Translations under genes and position numbers: made by a program
Assembly: GCF_000189555.1 (NCBI RefSeq)
Contig: NC_017276.1
Direction: 5' to 3' (one strand)
DNA: 64,000 bases
Origin: Saccharolobus islandicus REY15A
GTDB taxonomy: Archaea > Thermoproteota > Thermoprotei_A > Sulfolobales > Sulfolobaceae
Notes under the pieces: generated by a model
Seen by the model: the letters and a program-made list of their open reading frames with translations, nothing else
Databases searched by the model: none
What the model was told of the DNA's origin: nothing
Shown: in pieces, positions 54,259 to 64,000 of the stretch
Layout of the letters: the number at the start of each line of letters is the position of its first letter
Numbering within the stretch: position 1 is the stretch's first letter

Positions 54259-55680
54259 ATGCAAGTAATAAGGAAACCAACTAGAATGCTTTCTGGCGTT
54301 ACGATAGTATCGATAATGACTCACCCGCATTCTTGTCCGCATGGAAAGTGCGTATTCTGTCCCGGAGGAGTAGATGTGGATACCCCCCAAAGCTACTATG
54401 GTAGAGAACCCACTTTAATGAGGGCAATAGAAAACGACTATGATCCATTCCATCAAGTACAGTCAAGATTAAGACAATATGTTGAGAATGGACATACTCC
54501 AAGTAAAGTAGAGTTAATAATAATGGGTGGTACTTTCCTATCATTACCCATAGATTATCAAGATTGGTTTGTGACCTATGCCTTAGAGGCTATGAATAGA
54601 TTTCCTAGTTATGATAAACCTTCTTTTGTATATTTAGAAGATGCACAAGTGAAAAACGAAAAGGCAGAAGTACGTTGTGTAGGAATGACGATTGAAACGA
54701 AACCGGATTGGGCTAAGGAGTGGCACGCAGATCAAATGCTAAGATTAGGTGCAACCAAAGTTGAATTAGGAGTACAAACTGTATACGATGACATTTTAAA
54801 GTTCACCAATAGGGGTCATACCGTAAAAGATTCCATAGAATCTACTAGAATACTGAAGGATTCAGGGTTCAAAGTGGTCTATCATGTAATGCTTGGTCTT
54901 CCTAAATCAGATCCTGATAAGGATCTGGAGGCATTTAAGACAATATTTTCTGATCCTAATTTTAGGCCGGATATGTTGAAAATATATCCTACCTTAGTAG
55001 TTGAAACTGCGCCGTTAGCGAATTTATGGAGAAGGGGATTATATAAGCCTTATGGTACGGAGACTTTAATTGAATTAATATCTGAAATGTATAGATATAT
55101 TCCTAAATGGGTTAGAGTGATGAGAATACAAAGAGATATTCCTGCTAATGTAATCTTAGATGGTAACAAAAAGGGAAACTTAAGAGAATTGGTAGAGAAA
55201 AAGGTCTTGGAGAAAGGAATTAAGATTAATGAAATTAGATTTAGGGAAGTTGGGATGATGTGGCAACATAGGGGATTATTACCAGATCATACTAAAATTC
55301 ATCTTTACAAGGAAGTTTATGAAGCAAGTGAAGGTACTGAAATTTTCCTATCTTTTGAGGATGAAAAAGAGATTTTAATAGGTTATTTACGATTAAGAAT
55401 ACCATCAAATAAGGCTCATAGAAAAGAGATAGATGGAAAGACGGCCATAGTAAGAGAACTTCACGTATACGGGATAGAAGTACCTATAGGAAGCTGGGAT
55501 GAATTGGGTTTCCAACATAGGGGGTATGGAAGTAAGTTATTAAGCGAAGCTGAAAAGATTGCGAGAGAGGAATTCGATATGCGGAAAATTTCTGTTTTAT
55601 CTGGAATAGGTGCTCGAGAATACTATGCTAAAAGAGGCTATGTAAAAGAAGGTCCTTATATGTCTAAGCAGTTGATTTGA
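54259..55680 (+). CDS. elp3: Elp3 radical-SAM/KAT tRNA U34 carboxymethyltransferase
   Basis: [32 protein letters not shown]. Confidence 0.95.
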   Translation: MQVIRKPTRMLSGVTIVSIMTHPHSCPHGKCVFCPGGVDVDTPQSYYGREPTLMRAIENDYDPFHQVQSRLRQYVENGHTPSKVELIIMGGTFLSLPIDYQDWFVTYALEAMNRFPSYDKPSFVYLEDAQVKNEKAEVRCVGMTIETKPDWAKEWHADQMLRLGATKVELGVQTVYDDILKFTNRGHTVKDSIESTRILKDSGFKVVYHVMLGLPKSDPDKDLEAFKTIFSDPNFRPDMLKIYPTLVVETAPLANLWRRGLYKPYGTETLIELISEMYRYIPKWVRVMRIQRDIPANVILDGNKKGNLRELVEKKVLEKGIKINEIRFREVGMMWQHRGLLPDHTKIHLYKEVYEASEGTEIFLSFEDEKEILIGYLRLRIPSNKAHRKEIDGKTAIVRELHVYGIEVPIGSWDELGFQHRGYGSKLLSEAEKIAREEFDMRKISVLSGIGAREYYAKRGYVKEGPYMSKQLI

Positions 55681-56212
55681 TACCGTAATAAAGGGAATTA
55701 TTTGGCAATAAACTATTTACTCTATATAACTTATAGATTTTTGTAACGAAACCCTTGCTTTCCATTATTCGCTTTAATTCCCAAGGGTAATAAAGTCTAT
55801 AGAAACGTCTAACCTCTTTGCCGTTTATGAGACTTCTCTTGATTATATATCTTCTTAAGAAGAAAAACTTTAGTTGTACTAACCATACAGTAACCAGTAT
55901 TTCACCTTTATCTTTTAGCACCCTTTGAGCTTCCCCTAAAGCTTGAGATGGATCTCTCAAATGATGAAGAGACGCTATATAGGCTAGAGAATCAACTGAT
56001 GAATCTCTAAATGGTAAATATTCCATATCTGCTTGTACTAAATTTTGACATCCTTTTTTACGAGCTTGATTTAATTGATTTAGTGAAAGATCTAAGCAAA
56101 TAACCAGTCTTCCCTTAAATTGGTCACAATTTTGACCAGATCCACAACCTACATCAATAATCTTAGCTCCATTTATCAATTTGACATAAGGATTAGGCTT
56201 TCTTCTATACAC
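55664..56212 (-). CDS. SAM-dependent methyltransferase, Trm9/ALKBH8-like
   Basis: [31 protein letters not shown]. Confidence 0.7.
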   Translation of the reverse strand: MYRRKPNPYVKLINGAKIIDVGCGSGQNCDQFKGRLVICLDLSLNQLNQARKKGCQNLVQADMEYLPFRDSSVDSLAYIASLHHLRDPSQALGEAQRVLKDKGEILVTVWLVQLKFFFLRRYIIKRSLINGKEVRRFYRLYYPWELKRIMESKGFVTKIYKLYRVNSLLPNNSLYYGIKSTA

Positions 56213-56244
56213 TATATTATCATATGCATTTATTATATCTTGCT

Positions 56245-57342
56245 TTAGTACAATATCGCTCTTACCTTCATTCTTACGTATGGAGTTACACCTCCATGTT
56301 CCTCGTCAATAAATACCCCTCTATTCTCTCTAGTAACAGCATCAATTGTAACCAGTTCTTGAAGTGGAATTGCAATCTCCCTAAAGAATATTTGTCCTTG
56401 GCCTATTTTAACTACACTTCTCGGAGTTATTCTAATACTATTACGTATTAATTCCGACTTCTTAACACCCATGGCAATGTACGCCCCTCTACTTTCATCA
56501 ATTAGTTCATTAAGAGACCAGTCTCCTTGCTTTACTTCTAAGGAGAAATAATCTGGTTTTGGTAAAATACCTCGTGCGTTCCCTGCTTCACCGTACTTTG
56601 AAGTAAGTGTTCCTAAATAATTTGTAATTATCCCATCTCCAATAATCTCTTTCTTCTTTGTTTTTACTCCCTCATCATCAAAGACTGAAAAGGATGAGGA
56701 GAATGAATTTAATGGATTATCATAAATTGTAATTTCACTTGATATTTTTTCATTTAATTTCAACTTAGGTGAGTTACCATTTAAAAAATTCCTAAGAACG
56801 TAATGGAAAATGGAGGCTACTATTTCAGAATCTAATATGAAAGTTAGTCTGCCACTCTCAGTTAAGACTTGTCTAGATGGAGAAGTAAGTTGAGACTGAC
56901 TTGCCCTTAAATATTCTACAATTGACGGTATATCTTTAGGGTTACCAGCATATGAGAAATTTAAATCGTTATACTCTACATAGTTTACTACTTTTTCTTC
57001 GCGGCACTCCTTAACATCGTGAATTAAGATAGACTTTGAAATTTTCTTGCTTATAACTTTTAGTTGGTCATCTTCATTTAATTTAATATTAGTGAAGAGT
57101 CTGGAATACTTTTCCTTATTCGGCCACGCCTTCACTGATTCATGATAAAAGTCTTCACAAATTTCAAACTCCTTTATTTTTTGACTACTCTCTAATCTGT
57201 TACCATCATAAACTATCCATTTACCATTAACTAAAGCTCGACTTAACGTATAAGATCTTTTATAATCGACGAGGCTATACCCTTCAACTGAAAATTCAGC
57301 CTCTATCACTTCTTCAGAATATTTAACATCTTGCTGTAACAT
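56245..57342 (-). CDS. TldD/PmbA-family protein
   Basis: TIYDNP...[13 protein letters not shown]. Confidence 0.8.
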   Translation of the reverse strand: MLQQDVKYSEEVIEAEFSVEGYSLVDYKRSYTLSRALVNGKWIVYDGNRLESSQKIKEFEICEDFYHESVKAWPNKEKYSRLFTNIKLNEDDQLKVISKKISKSILIHDVKECREEKVVNYVEYNDLNFSYAGNPKDIPSIVEYLRASQSQLTSPSRQVLTESGRLTFILDSEIVASIFHYVLRNFLNGNSPKLKLNEKISSEITIYDNPLNSFSSSFSVFDDEGVKTKKKEIIGDGIITNYLGTLTSKYGEAGNARGILPKPDYFSLEVKQGDWSLNELIDESRGAYIAMGVKKSELIRNSIRITPRSVVKIGQGQIFFREIAIPLQELVTIDAVTRENRGVFIDEEHGGVTPYVRMKVRAILY

Positions 57343-57553
57343 CTTAATATTATTTAAATTATATGCCTCCCTTTTTAACTTTCTCGCATAGTAAGATTGT
57401 TTACATTTAACTAGCTAAAAGTAATTAGACGTAATAGTTCCAAGCTTTAGTATAATTCTATATACAATAAAAAAGTTTACGTAAATTAAATATTACTCTT
57501 TTATACGCCCTATAATGAATACTTTTTATAGTAGGAAAGTAAAATATAATATT

Positions 57554-59140
57554 ATGGCATGGGAGATCATATTAACCGCGGATAAAGGGTCTTTTACAGA
57601 TTATGGGGGTTCCAGTGTATTAGGTTATGTAGCTTGCATGCCATCAAGACTAATACCCAAATTCTTTATGCATAGATTCTTCACTCCAGATGTCCCAGTG
57701 GATTCTGAAGGAAGAGCAATAGTAGCACCGTACGCTCTTAGAAAAGTAGAAAGTACGCTTGTTCATGCGGGATTCGATAGCGTTGTAGTAATACCTCCGC
57801 ACAGACTAGAGAAAGCAATAAACCAGAAGACTAAAGTAGTGGGATTAACAGTTCATGATCCCTTTGGCCTAAATCCAGTTAGCTTTAAGTTAAGTATGAT
57901 ATTTGGAGGTGGTCCTACATGGACAGCCAAATATTTCGAAGAATTTGGAGAAAAGATCTCGAAGCTTAAGTCAAAGTATAATTTTAAAGTAATAGTAGGT
58001 GGGCCAGGGAGCTGGGAGTTAACCAAGGAGAATAAGGATTGGGCAGATGTTATATTCATAGGAGAAGCTGAAGCAGATTTACCACGAGTTGTAAAATCCA
58101 TAATTGATGGACAAGAAGTCCCTAAAGTTGTCTATGGCAAGAATCCAAAGGTAAATGAAATACCACCAATAATAAACCCTGCAAGACTAGGGGAAGTTCA
58201 AATAACCAGAGGATGTCCAAGAGGATGTCAATTCTGTCCAATAACTCCTGAAACCTTTAGAACGATACCATTAGACGTTGTGAAGAAGGAAGTTGAAGTT
58301 AACATGAGGGCTGGTATAAAGAGGGTTGAATTCATAACTGATGATGTCCTACTGTACGGTTCACAGAAGTTGAGGGTAAATCACGAAGCTATTACAAAAT
58401 TGTTCACCGAAACCATGAATATGGGAGTAGATGGGATATGGTTTCCACATATCTCTGCCCCAGCTGTTAGAAGTAGTCCACAAACAGTAAAGGCTATGTC
58501 TGAGATTGCAAGATATGATGAGGATAGAGCTGCTGCTCCAGTGGTTGGACTAGAGAGTGGAAGTGAGAAGATACTAAGTAAGTACATGAGAGCAAAGCCA
58601 TTCCCTTGGACTCCTAGAGAGTGGAAAGATGTCATACTTGATGCGACTGCGATAATGAACGATAATTACATCTATCCTTGTTACACTATGACAATAGGTT
58701 ATCCAGAGGAGACAAATGAAGATGTTGATCAATCAATTGATTTAGTTCAGTCCATAATTGATCATAAACTTAAAGCCTGGATATTCCCATTGCCGGTCAT
58801 ACCTATGGGAGTTTCTTATATAAGAAATAATCCATTTCCAGTGTTAGAAAAAATGCCCACCAGATATTGGGATCTACTATACATATCGTGGAAATACGAT
58901 TTACAGATAACGAGAGAGATGATACCAATTCTCACTGGAGGTATCAAGAACAAATTCGCTCAAAGGACTGTCCAATACATGATAGACAAAATATTCTACA
59001 ACATTGAATGGGTATTTAAACAACTAAAAGAGACACAAGGGAAATATGCGTACACTTTCGCAAGTATCAATCTCAATAACACGACGGGAGTGATAAAGGC
59101 GATCTACTGGTTATTCAGGTTAGCCTTTAAACCTCTTTGA
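57554..59140 (+). CDS. B12-binding radical SAM protein
   Basis: GCPRGCQFC CxxxCxxC; VIVGGPG...FIGEAE cobalamin-domain pattern. Confidence 0.85.
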   Translation: MAWEIILTADKGSFTDYGGSSVLGYVACMPSRLIPKFFMHRFFTPDVPVDSEGRAIVAPYALRKVESTLVHAGFDSVVVIPPHRLEKAINQKTKVVGLTVHDPFGLNPVSFKLSMIFGGGPTWTAKYFEEFGEKISKLKSKYNFKVIVGGPGSWELTKENKDWADVIFIGEAEADLPRVVKSIIDGQEVPKVVYGKNPKVNEIPPIINPARLGEVQITRGCPRGCQFCPITPETFRTIPLDVVKKEVEVNMRAGIKRVEFITDDVLLYGSQKLRVNHEAITKLFTETMNMGVDGIWFPHISAPAVRSSPQTVKAMSEIARYDEDRAAAPVVGLESGSEKILSKYMRAKPFPWTPREWKDVILDATAIMNDNYIYPCYTMTIGYPEETNEDVDQSIDLVQSIIDHKLKAWIFPLPVIPMGVSYIRNNPFPVLEKMPTRYWDLLYISWKYDLQITREMIPILTGGIKNKFAQRTVQYMIDKIFYNIEWVFKQLKETQGKYAYTFASINLNNTTGVIKAIYWLFRLAFKPL

Positions 59141-60584
59141 TCTTTTCTACAATTGCATCGGAAATGTTTTTCCAGACAATTTTATAACCTAGATAATCTA
59201 TAATGTCAACTATATAATTTCCATATTTGTTAACTAATGAAGAAAGTTGCGTATTTGAGAAATCTTCCTTTTTTAGCTCTTCTATAAACGTTTTCTTTAT
59301 AGCGTAATTTTTAAGTACTATATAATCAGGTCTTTGCATCAACTTGCTTCTAACTATCTTCTCATTAACATTATATTTGGCAGACAGTTCCTTAATCAAG
59401 ATAATATCGTCATTAACATCACTTAAGTCGATATCCTCGTTAACATTTGCTTGAAAGCCTCTTAAAGCTGAATACAGTTTACCTATATCAATTTTTTTCT
59501 TAAATTTTATTACATTTAAAGTATCCGGTATGTAATTTTCGTATGAAAGCTCTTCATTCAAGAGAACTAAAATCGGATATTTGAAGTTTCTCAGTTTCTC
59601 TATCTTAGAATTTACATATTCTTTAGTCCAAAATCCCATTATCTCTACATACACTTTGATATTACCTTTACTAAGTACGAAATCCGGAAAATAAAGCCTT
59701 TTTTCTATCACTATAGGTTCTGGTTCCCTTACTATATTCCAATCCCTTATGACCCTTCTGAACTCCTCGTAAAACTTTTCCTCAATTGAACTATCAAACC
59801 TCTTTTCCATCTCTTCATCATTAATATACTTAAAGAGTTTAGAATAGCCGCTCGAGAGTTCCAGTCTATAGGTTCTTCTTTTATTTTTGCCTAAAACTAT
59901 ATCAGCTATAATAGTCCACTTATTCTTAGAGACTAAAAACGGTACTAATGCAGCTAAATTTCTCCCATATTTCTCTGTCATCTTTACTAGGGACAATGGA
60001 CCAAAAATCTCTATTCTAAGCGGATTTTCATACGCTAAATACATTAATCCTAGCATTTTTATTCTTCTCGCGATTTCTTTCCAGCCATCACTAACGGAAA
60101 CTGTAACCTTATACGCGTTGAAAATAATGGTTTGCAAAAGGGAAAGATTATATATTTTTAATAGATCTTCTGGAGAAAATTTAGGGAGTTCCACTATTTT
60201 CTTTTCAACGTCAAGGTCTTCATACATAGCCTTTATGGGATCAACGTGAAAAAGGTCACCGACCTCTTTTAATACTCTCTCCTTATCATTCTCCTCTAAT
60301 ACTGGACCCCTACTAAATAATTGCCTACGCAATTCTATATAATCGATCTTAGTCGCACTTTCAACGGTACAATATCTTAGATAAATTTTCCCTAATCCCT
60401 TGACTAGTTTATAATCATATATTTTAGATAAATATTTTAAATCTTCTAGAATATCACCAACTTTTGCTCCTATTTTAAACATGTCAATGACTTCCTTTGC
60501 TACATCTATGTCAGAATCTGTAGCAAATAGTGGAATTATCCTCTGATTTTCTATCTTAAACCTCGCTAGATCAGAGGTTAGCAT
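59127..60584 (-). CDS. bax1: Bax1 endonuclease (DUF790)
   Basis: MLTSDLARF, FPDF..VEIMGFWT PD-(D/E)XK motif; coupled to XPB. Confidence 0.88.
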   Translation of the reverse strand: MLTSDLARFKIENQRIIPLFATDSDIDVAKEVIDMFKIGAKVGDILEDLKYLSKIYDYKLVKGLGKIYLRYCTVESATKIDYIELRRQLFSRGPVLEENDKERVLKEVGDLFHVDPIKAMYEDLDVEKKIVELPKFSPEDLLKIYNLSLLQTIIFNAYKVTVSVSDGWKEIARRIKMLGLMYLAYENPLRIEIFGPLSLVKMTEKYGRNLAALVPFLVSKNKWTIIADIVLGKNKRRTYRLELSSGYSKLFKYINDEEMEKRFDSSIEEKFYEEFRRVIRDWNIVREPEPIVIEKRLYFPDFVLSKGNIKVYVEIMGFWTKEYVNSKIEKLRNFKYPILVLLNEELSYENYIPDTLNVIKFKKKIDIGKLYSALRGFQANVNEDIDLSDVNDDIILIKELSAKYNVNEKIVRSKLMQRPDYIVLKNYAIKKTFIEELKKEDFSNTQLSSLVNKYGNYIVDIIDYLGYKIVWKNISDAIVEKIKEV

Positions 60585-61905
60585 TTTGTCTTCGCCTTTT
60601 ACTTAAATTATAATCACTAGTACCTTTAGTTATTATTTCTATCAATCTAGCTTTTTTATTCTCTTTCTTCCTTAAGATTCTACCTAACCTCTGTATGAAT
60701 TGCCTAGAGGTTCCATAACCTCCTAGAACTATACCAATAGAAGCATCTGGAACGTCAATACCTTCATCGAGGACACTAGAAGTTACTATTACATTGTATT
60801 TTCCAGATCTAAATTTCTCCAGAATCTCTATCCTTTCTTGCTTATTCGTCTTGTATGTAACTGCAGGAATTAAGAATAGTCTTGATATCTCGTATACCAT
60901 TGACGTATTTCTAGTAAATATTATAATTTTCTCACCATTTAGCTCCTTGAGCAAGTCTTTAAGCTTCTCTAACTTTGCCTTGGAATTTACAGCTATCTTG
61001 AGAGCTTCATGCCATGCTAATAATGCCTCTCTAGCTTCCTTATCCTTAACTGCTAGCCTAAGTAGCCTATTGAAATCATTCAATGACTTTAACTTAAGAT
61101 TACGTTGAGATAAAAATTTCTTTAGGATTCCTCTATAGTACCTATATAATTTCTCTTCGTCTTCAGTGAGATTTACGTATATACGTTGAATTTCAAAACT
61201 TGAAAGATATTTTCCGACTAGGTTAGAAACTGTAATCCTATATACTAAGGGCCCAACGAGTGATGGATACAGTTTGTGTCTTCCGTCACTTCTTTCTGGC
61301 GTAGCAGTCAAGCCTAATCTATATGGGGCAGCTAAACCTTGAGCTATTATGGAATATCCTTCCGAAGGTAGATGATGAACTTCATCAAAAATTACTAATC
61401 CAAATTTATTTCCTATTTTCTCTAGCTGAGTGTACGCTGAATCATACGTAATTACGGTTATTCCCTTAAGTTCATCATATCCTCCCCCTACCCTCCCCGC
61501 CTCAACTCCAAGTAACTCTCTTATATTTTCATACCATTGCTGTAATAAATCGATTGTAGGCACTATTATTAGTGTAGCAAGCCTAATCAGAGCTATGGCC
61601 TTCAATCCTATTACAGTTTTTCCACCTCCAGTGGGAATCACTATTATCCCTAGCTTACTCTTTAACCATGCATTCAAAGCCTCTTGCTGATATTCCCTTA
61701 ATTTTATTCGATCTACAATTAAAGGAAAAGGTAATAACTCTAGGACGCTATCCTCAACTTCAACGTGAGACCTCTTATAGTAATAAAGGACTTCTCGATA
61801 CTTGTTTGCTTGGCCTATATAGCACTTAAACTCATCATTCCAGCTTAAACCGGGAGCTGAAAAATCGGATAGTAATAAACCTTTAAAGTATCGTAATCGT
61901 ACCAC
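60571..61905 (-). CDS. xpb: XPB (Rad25) helicase
   Basis: PTGGGKT, DEVHH, GLTATPERSD (RED-like), QRLGRILR. Confidence 0.93.
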   Translation of the reverse strand: MVRLRYFKGLLLSDFSAPGLSWNDEFKCYIGQANKYREVLYYYKRSHVEVEDSVLELLPFPLIVDRIKLREYQQEALNAWLKSKLGIIVIPTGGGKTVIGLKAIALIRLATLIIVPTIDLLQQWYENIRELLGVEAGRVGGGYDELKGITVITYDSAYTQLEKIGNKFGLVIFDEVHHLPSEGYSIIAQGLAAPYRLGLTATPERSDGRHKLYPSLVGPLVYRITVSNLVGKYLSSFEIQRIYVNLTEDEEKLYRYYRGILKKFLSQRNLKLKSLNDFNRLLRLAVKDKEAREALLAWHEALKIAVNSKAKLEKLKDLLKELNGEKIIIFTRNTSMVYEISRLFLIPAVTYKTNKQERIEILEKFRSGKYNVIVTSSVLDEGIDVPDASIGIVLGGYGTSRQFIQRLGRILRKKENKKARLIEIITKGTSDYNLSKRRRQNANL

Positions 61906-61984
61906 GATATAATGAATAGTTTTCGCAGTTATAAAGGGAGATGTTTAGAAATGTTTAAATATGATTATACTGTACCTTATACTA

Positions 61985-63076
61985 ATGAAAGGAGCAATAT
62001 TGTATAAATATAATGAGCCATTAATTATTGAGGATAATATTCAAATAGATGACCCTAAGGTAGGTGAAACAAAGATTAGAATTGAGGCAACTGGCTTATG
62101 TCATTCAGATGTAAATGTATTTGAAGGAAAAACTCCAGTCCCTCCACCAGTCATTGCGGGACATGAAATAGCTGGTGTTATAGAGGAGGTAGGAAATAAC
62201 GTTACAGACTTTAAATCTGGCGATAGGGTTATATCAGCATTTATTCATCCCTGCGGTAAATGCAAAAATTGTATAACGGGAAAGGAGAATTTATGTGAAG
62301 TCTTTGCGAAAAATAGACTAAATGGGACATTACTAGATGGTACAACTAGATTACACTTTAAGGATGGAACTCCGATAAGGGCATTTTTAGGAGGAGGATT
62401 TGCAGAATACGCAATGGTACCTTATACTGCATTAACTAAAGTTCCGGAAGATTTGGATTTAAGAAAGGTTGCAGTATTGGGTTGTGCAGGTTTAACTGCT
62501 TATGGTGCTGTAAATTCCGCTAAAATAGAGCCTGGTGAAACAGTTGCTGTAATTGGAGTTGGCGGTGTAGGATTGTCTGTGATACAGATGTTAAAGATTG
62601 CTGGTGCCGGAAGGATAATAGCAGTCGGGACTAGAAAATGGAAATTGGAAAAGGCGTTAGAGCTAGGAGCTAGTGATGTAGTTAACTCTAAAGAGACTGA
62701 TGTTGTTAGAGCTGTTAAGAATATTACTGGAGGAGGGCCGGATGTTGTAATAGAAGTAGCAGGAACTACGGAAACAGTGAAAATGTCTTTAGAAATGGTT
62801 AGAATAGGAGGAAAGGTAGTACTAGTGGGATTACCTCCAACTACTGCTGAAATTCCAATTAGGATAGCAAGTATAGTTAGAGGGGGTATTAAAATCATAG
62901 GAGACTATGGAGGGAGGCCTAGAGTAGATATGCCTAGACTTATTGAACTTGTAAAATTGGGAAAATATGACCCTACTGCGTTAGTGACTGGAAAGTTCAG
63001 ATTAGAAGAAATTAACGAGGCAGTAAAATTATTGGAGCAAGGAGAGGCAATAAGAAGTTTAATAATTCCTAACTAA
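61985..63076 (+). CDS. Zn-dependent alcohol dehydrogenase, likely succinate semialdehyde reductase (3HP/4HB cycle)
   Basis: GLCHSD, GHE, structural Cys cluster; closely resembles recalled Sulfolobales SSR sequence. Confidence 0.8.
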   Translation: MKGAILYKYNEPLIIEDNIQIDDPKVGETKIRIEATGLCHSDVNVFEGKTPVPPPVIAGHEIAGVIEEVGNNVTDFKSGDRVISAFIHPCGKCKNCITGKENLCEVFAKNRLNGTLLDGTTRLHFKDGTPIRAFLGGGFAEYAMVPYTALTKVPEDLDLRKVAVLGCAGLTAYGAVNSAKIEPGETVAVIGVGGVGLSVIQMLKIAGAGRIIAVGTRKWKLEKALELGASDVVNSKETDVVRAVKNITGGGPDVVIEVAGTTETVKMSLEMVRIGGKVVLVGLPPTTAEIPIRIASIVRGGIKIIGDYGGRPRVDMPRLIELVKLGKYDPTALVTGKFRLEEINEAVKLLEQGEAIRSLIIPN

Positions 63077-63354
63077 AATGGAGCTCTGGTAGTTTTTCTT
63101 CCAATTATAAACATTATTAAATAGATGATTAACATTATTATGGTAAATACAACACCTACTATAATTAGGTTACTTAAGACCGATGGTGGGACATTGCCAA
63201 AGGCTATTGGAATTGGTCCTAATAACACTAATCCTGCGAATTGCGGAGAAGATGAAGTAGTTGTCTGGGGAGTTTGAACTTGGAATACTACACCTAGGAA
63301 GAGTAGGATGAAACCAAGAAATATTAATGTGAGACCAGCCGCAATTAACTTCAT
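63073..63354 (-). CDS. DUF131 small membrane protein
   Basis: [13 protein letters not shown] motif. Confidence 0.85.
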   Translation of the reverse strand: MKLIAAGLTLIFLGFILLFLGVVFQVQTPQTTTSSSPQFAGLVLLGPIPIAFGNVPPSVLSNLIIVGVVFTIIMLIIYLIMFIIGRKTTRAPF

Positions 63355-63404
63355 ATGTTAATCTTTTGTTATAAGCTTTATAAACTTTATATTAAGGTGA
63401 GCGT

Positions 63405-64000
63405 ATGTATTACGGCAGTATAATTACAGTCTTATCGTCAGATAAGAATAAACTAACTGGGATAGCCGAAAAACTAGGTAAGCTTCATGAAACCGCCAAG
63501 ACAAAAATATATTATAGAAAAAAGGGGGAATACATTAGATCAATCCTATTGACTACAGAGTATCCGGAAAAAATTATAGATTTAGCTGAAGCATTATCAC
63601 TCTCGTCGACTGCAATATTATATATACCAGAAACTTTAACGTGGATGGATGGAGAGCTAGCACTTTTAATTGATTCTCTAAATACGCATAACAAGATAGT
63701 AATATCCAACTTAGATCAAGGTAAAATAAATAATATTTTAGGCTCTTTAAGCTCCTTTACTAAATTCGATCTATATAATGATATTCCAGACTTAAGCGAG
63801 ACCGAAGAGGAGGATAAGGGAATAGTATATGTAGATAGAGTATTCACAGTCAAAGGTGTTGGAACCGTAGTTACTGGATTCTCATTTACCAATGTTGAAG
63901 TTCATGAGAAATTAGTGGCGTTACCTTATAATAAGGAGGTTGAAATAAAGAGTATTCAAGTTTTAGATGAGGATCAAAAGAGTGTTTCAACCGGAGTTAG
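63405..64000 (+). CDS. SelB/EF-Tu domain-II-like protein (runs off window)
   Basis: MYYGSIITVL... then YVDRVFTVKGVGTVVTG, VEIKSIQ; no recognisable GTPase P-loop. Confidence 0.8.
   Translation, partial: MYYGSIITVLSSDKNKLTGIAEKLGKLHETAKTKIYYRKKGEYIRSILLTTEYPEKIIDLAEALSLSSTAILYIPETLTWMDGELALLIDSLNTHNKIVISNLDQGKINNILGSLSSFTKFDLYNDIPDLSETEEEDKGIVYVDRVFTVKGVGTVVTGFSFTNVEVHEKLVALPYNKEVEIKSIQVLDEDQKSVSTGV

Overview
Chromosomal window from a Sulfolobales archaeon (gene content and codon style fit Saccharolobus/Sulfolobus islandicus-like). Bases 1-7000 and about 29100-64000 are core housekeeping genes: uspA, glyA, mevalonate cluster, pyruvoyl decarboxylase, nucleoside hydrolase, divergent LeuRS, priX, Fe/B12 ABC transporter, tat, elp3 plus a Trm9-like gene, Bax1-XPB and succinate semialdehyde reductase. 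Bases 7004-28800 are an integration hotspot at a tRNA-Met(CAU)/tRNA-Glu(UUC) pair. Two tandem decayed elements sit at tRNA-Met (att repeats at 7060, 19726, 22340), with a truncated pNOB8-type integrase, IS630/IS1/tnpB-end debris, and cargo including thermopsin, an MFS transporter, ADP-ribosylglycohydrolase, VapBC and a nucleoside phosphorylase. A 6-kb element sits at tRNA-Glu (att repeats at 22491 and 28525), with an SSV-type int(N), a DUF4065(Panacea)+HEPN-like pair, a PLD nuclease and an RHH regulator. The main unannotated signal is two canonical box C/D guide sRNAs inside the tRNA-Glu element. They flank the RHH gene, and one lies between two conjugative-plasmid recombination motifs. Their guides show partial complementarity to 16S rRNA as recalled from memory, which needs checking. 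In the core region proC is split by two different IS elements, pstB is truncated with the other pst genes absent, and a third (chromosomal) C/D sRNA lies between the DUF72 gene and proC. No CRISPR array was seen.
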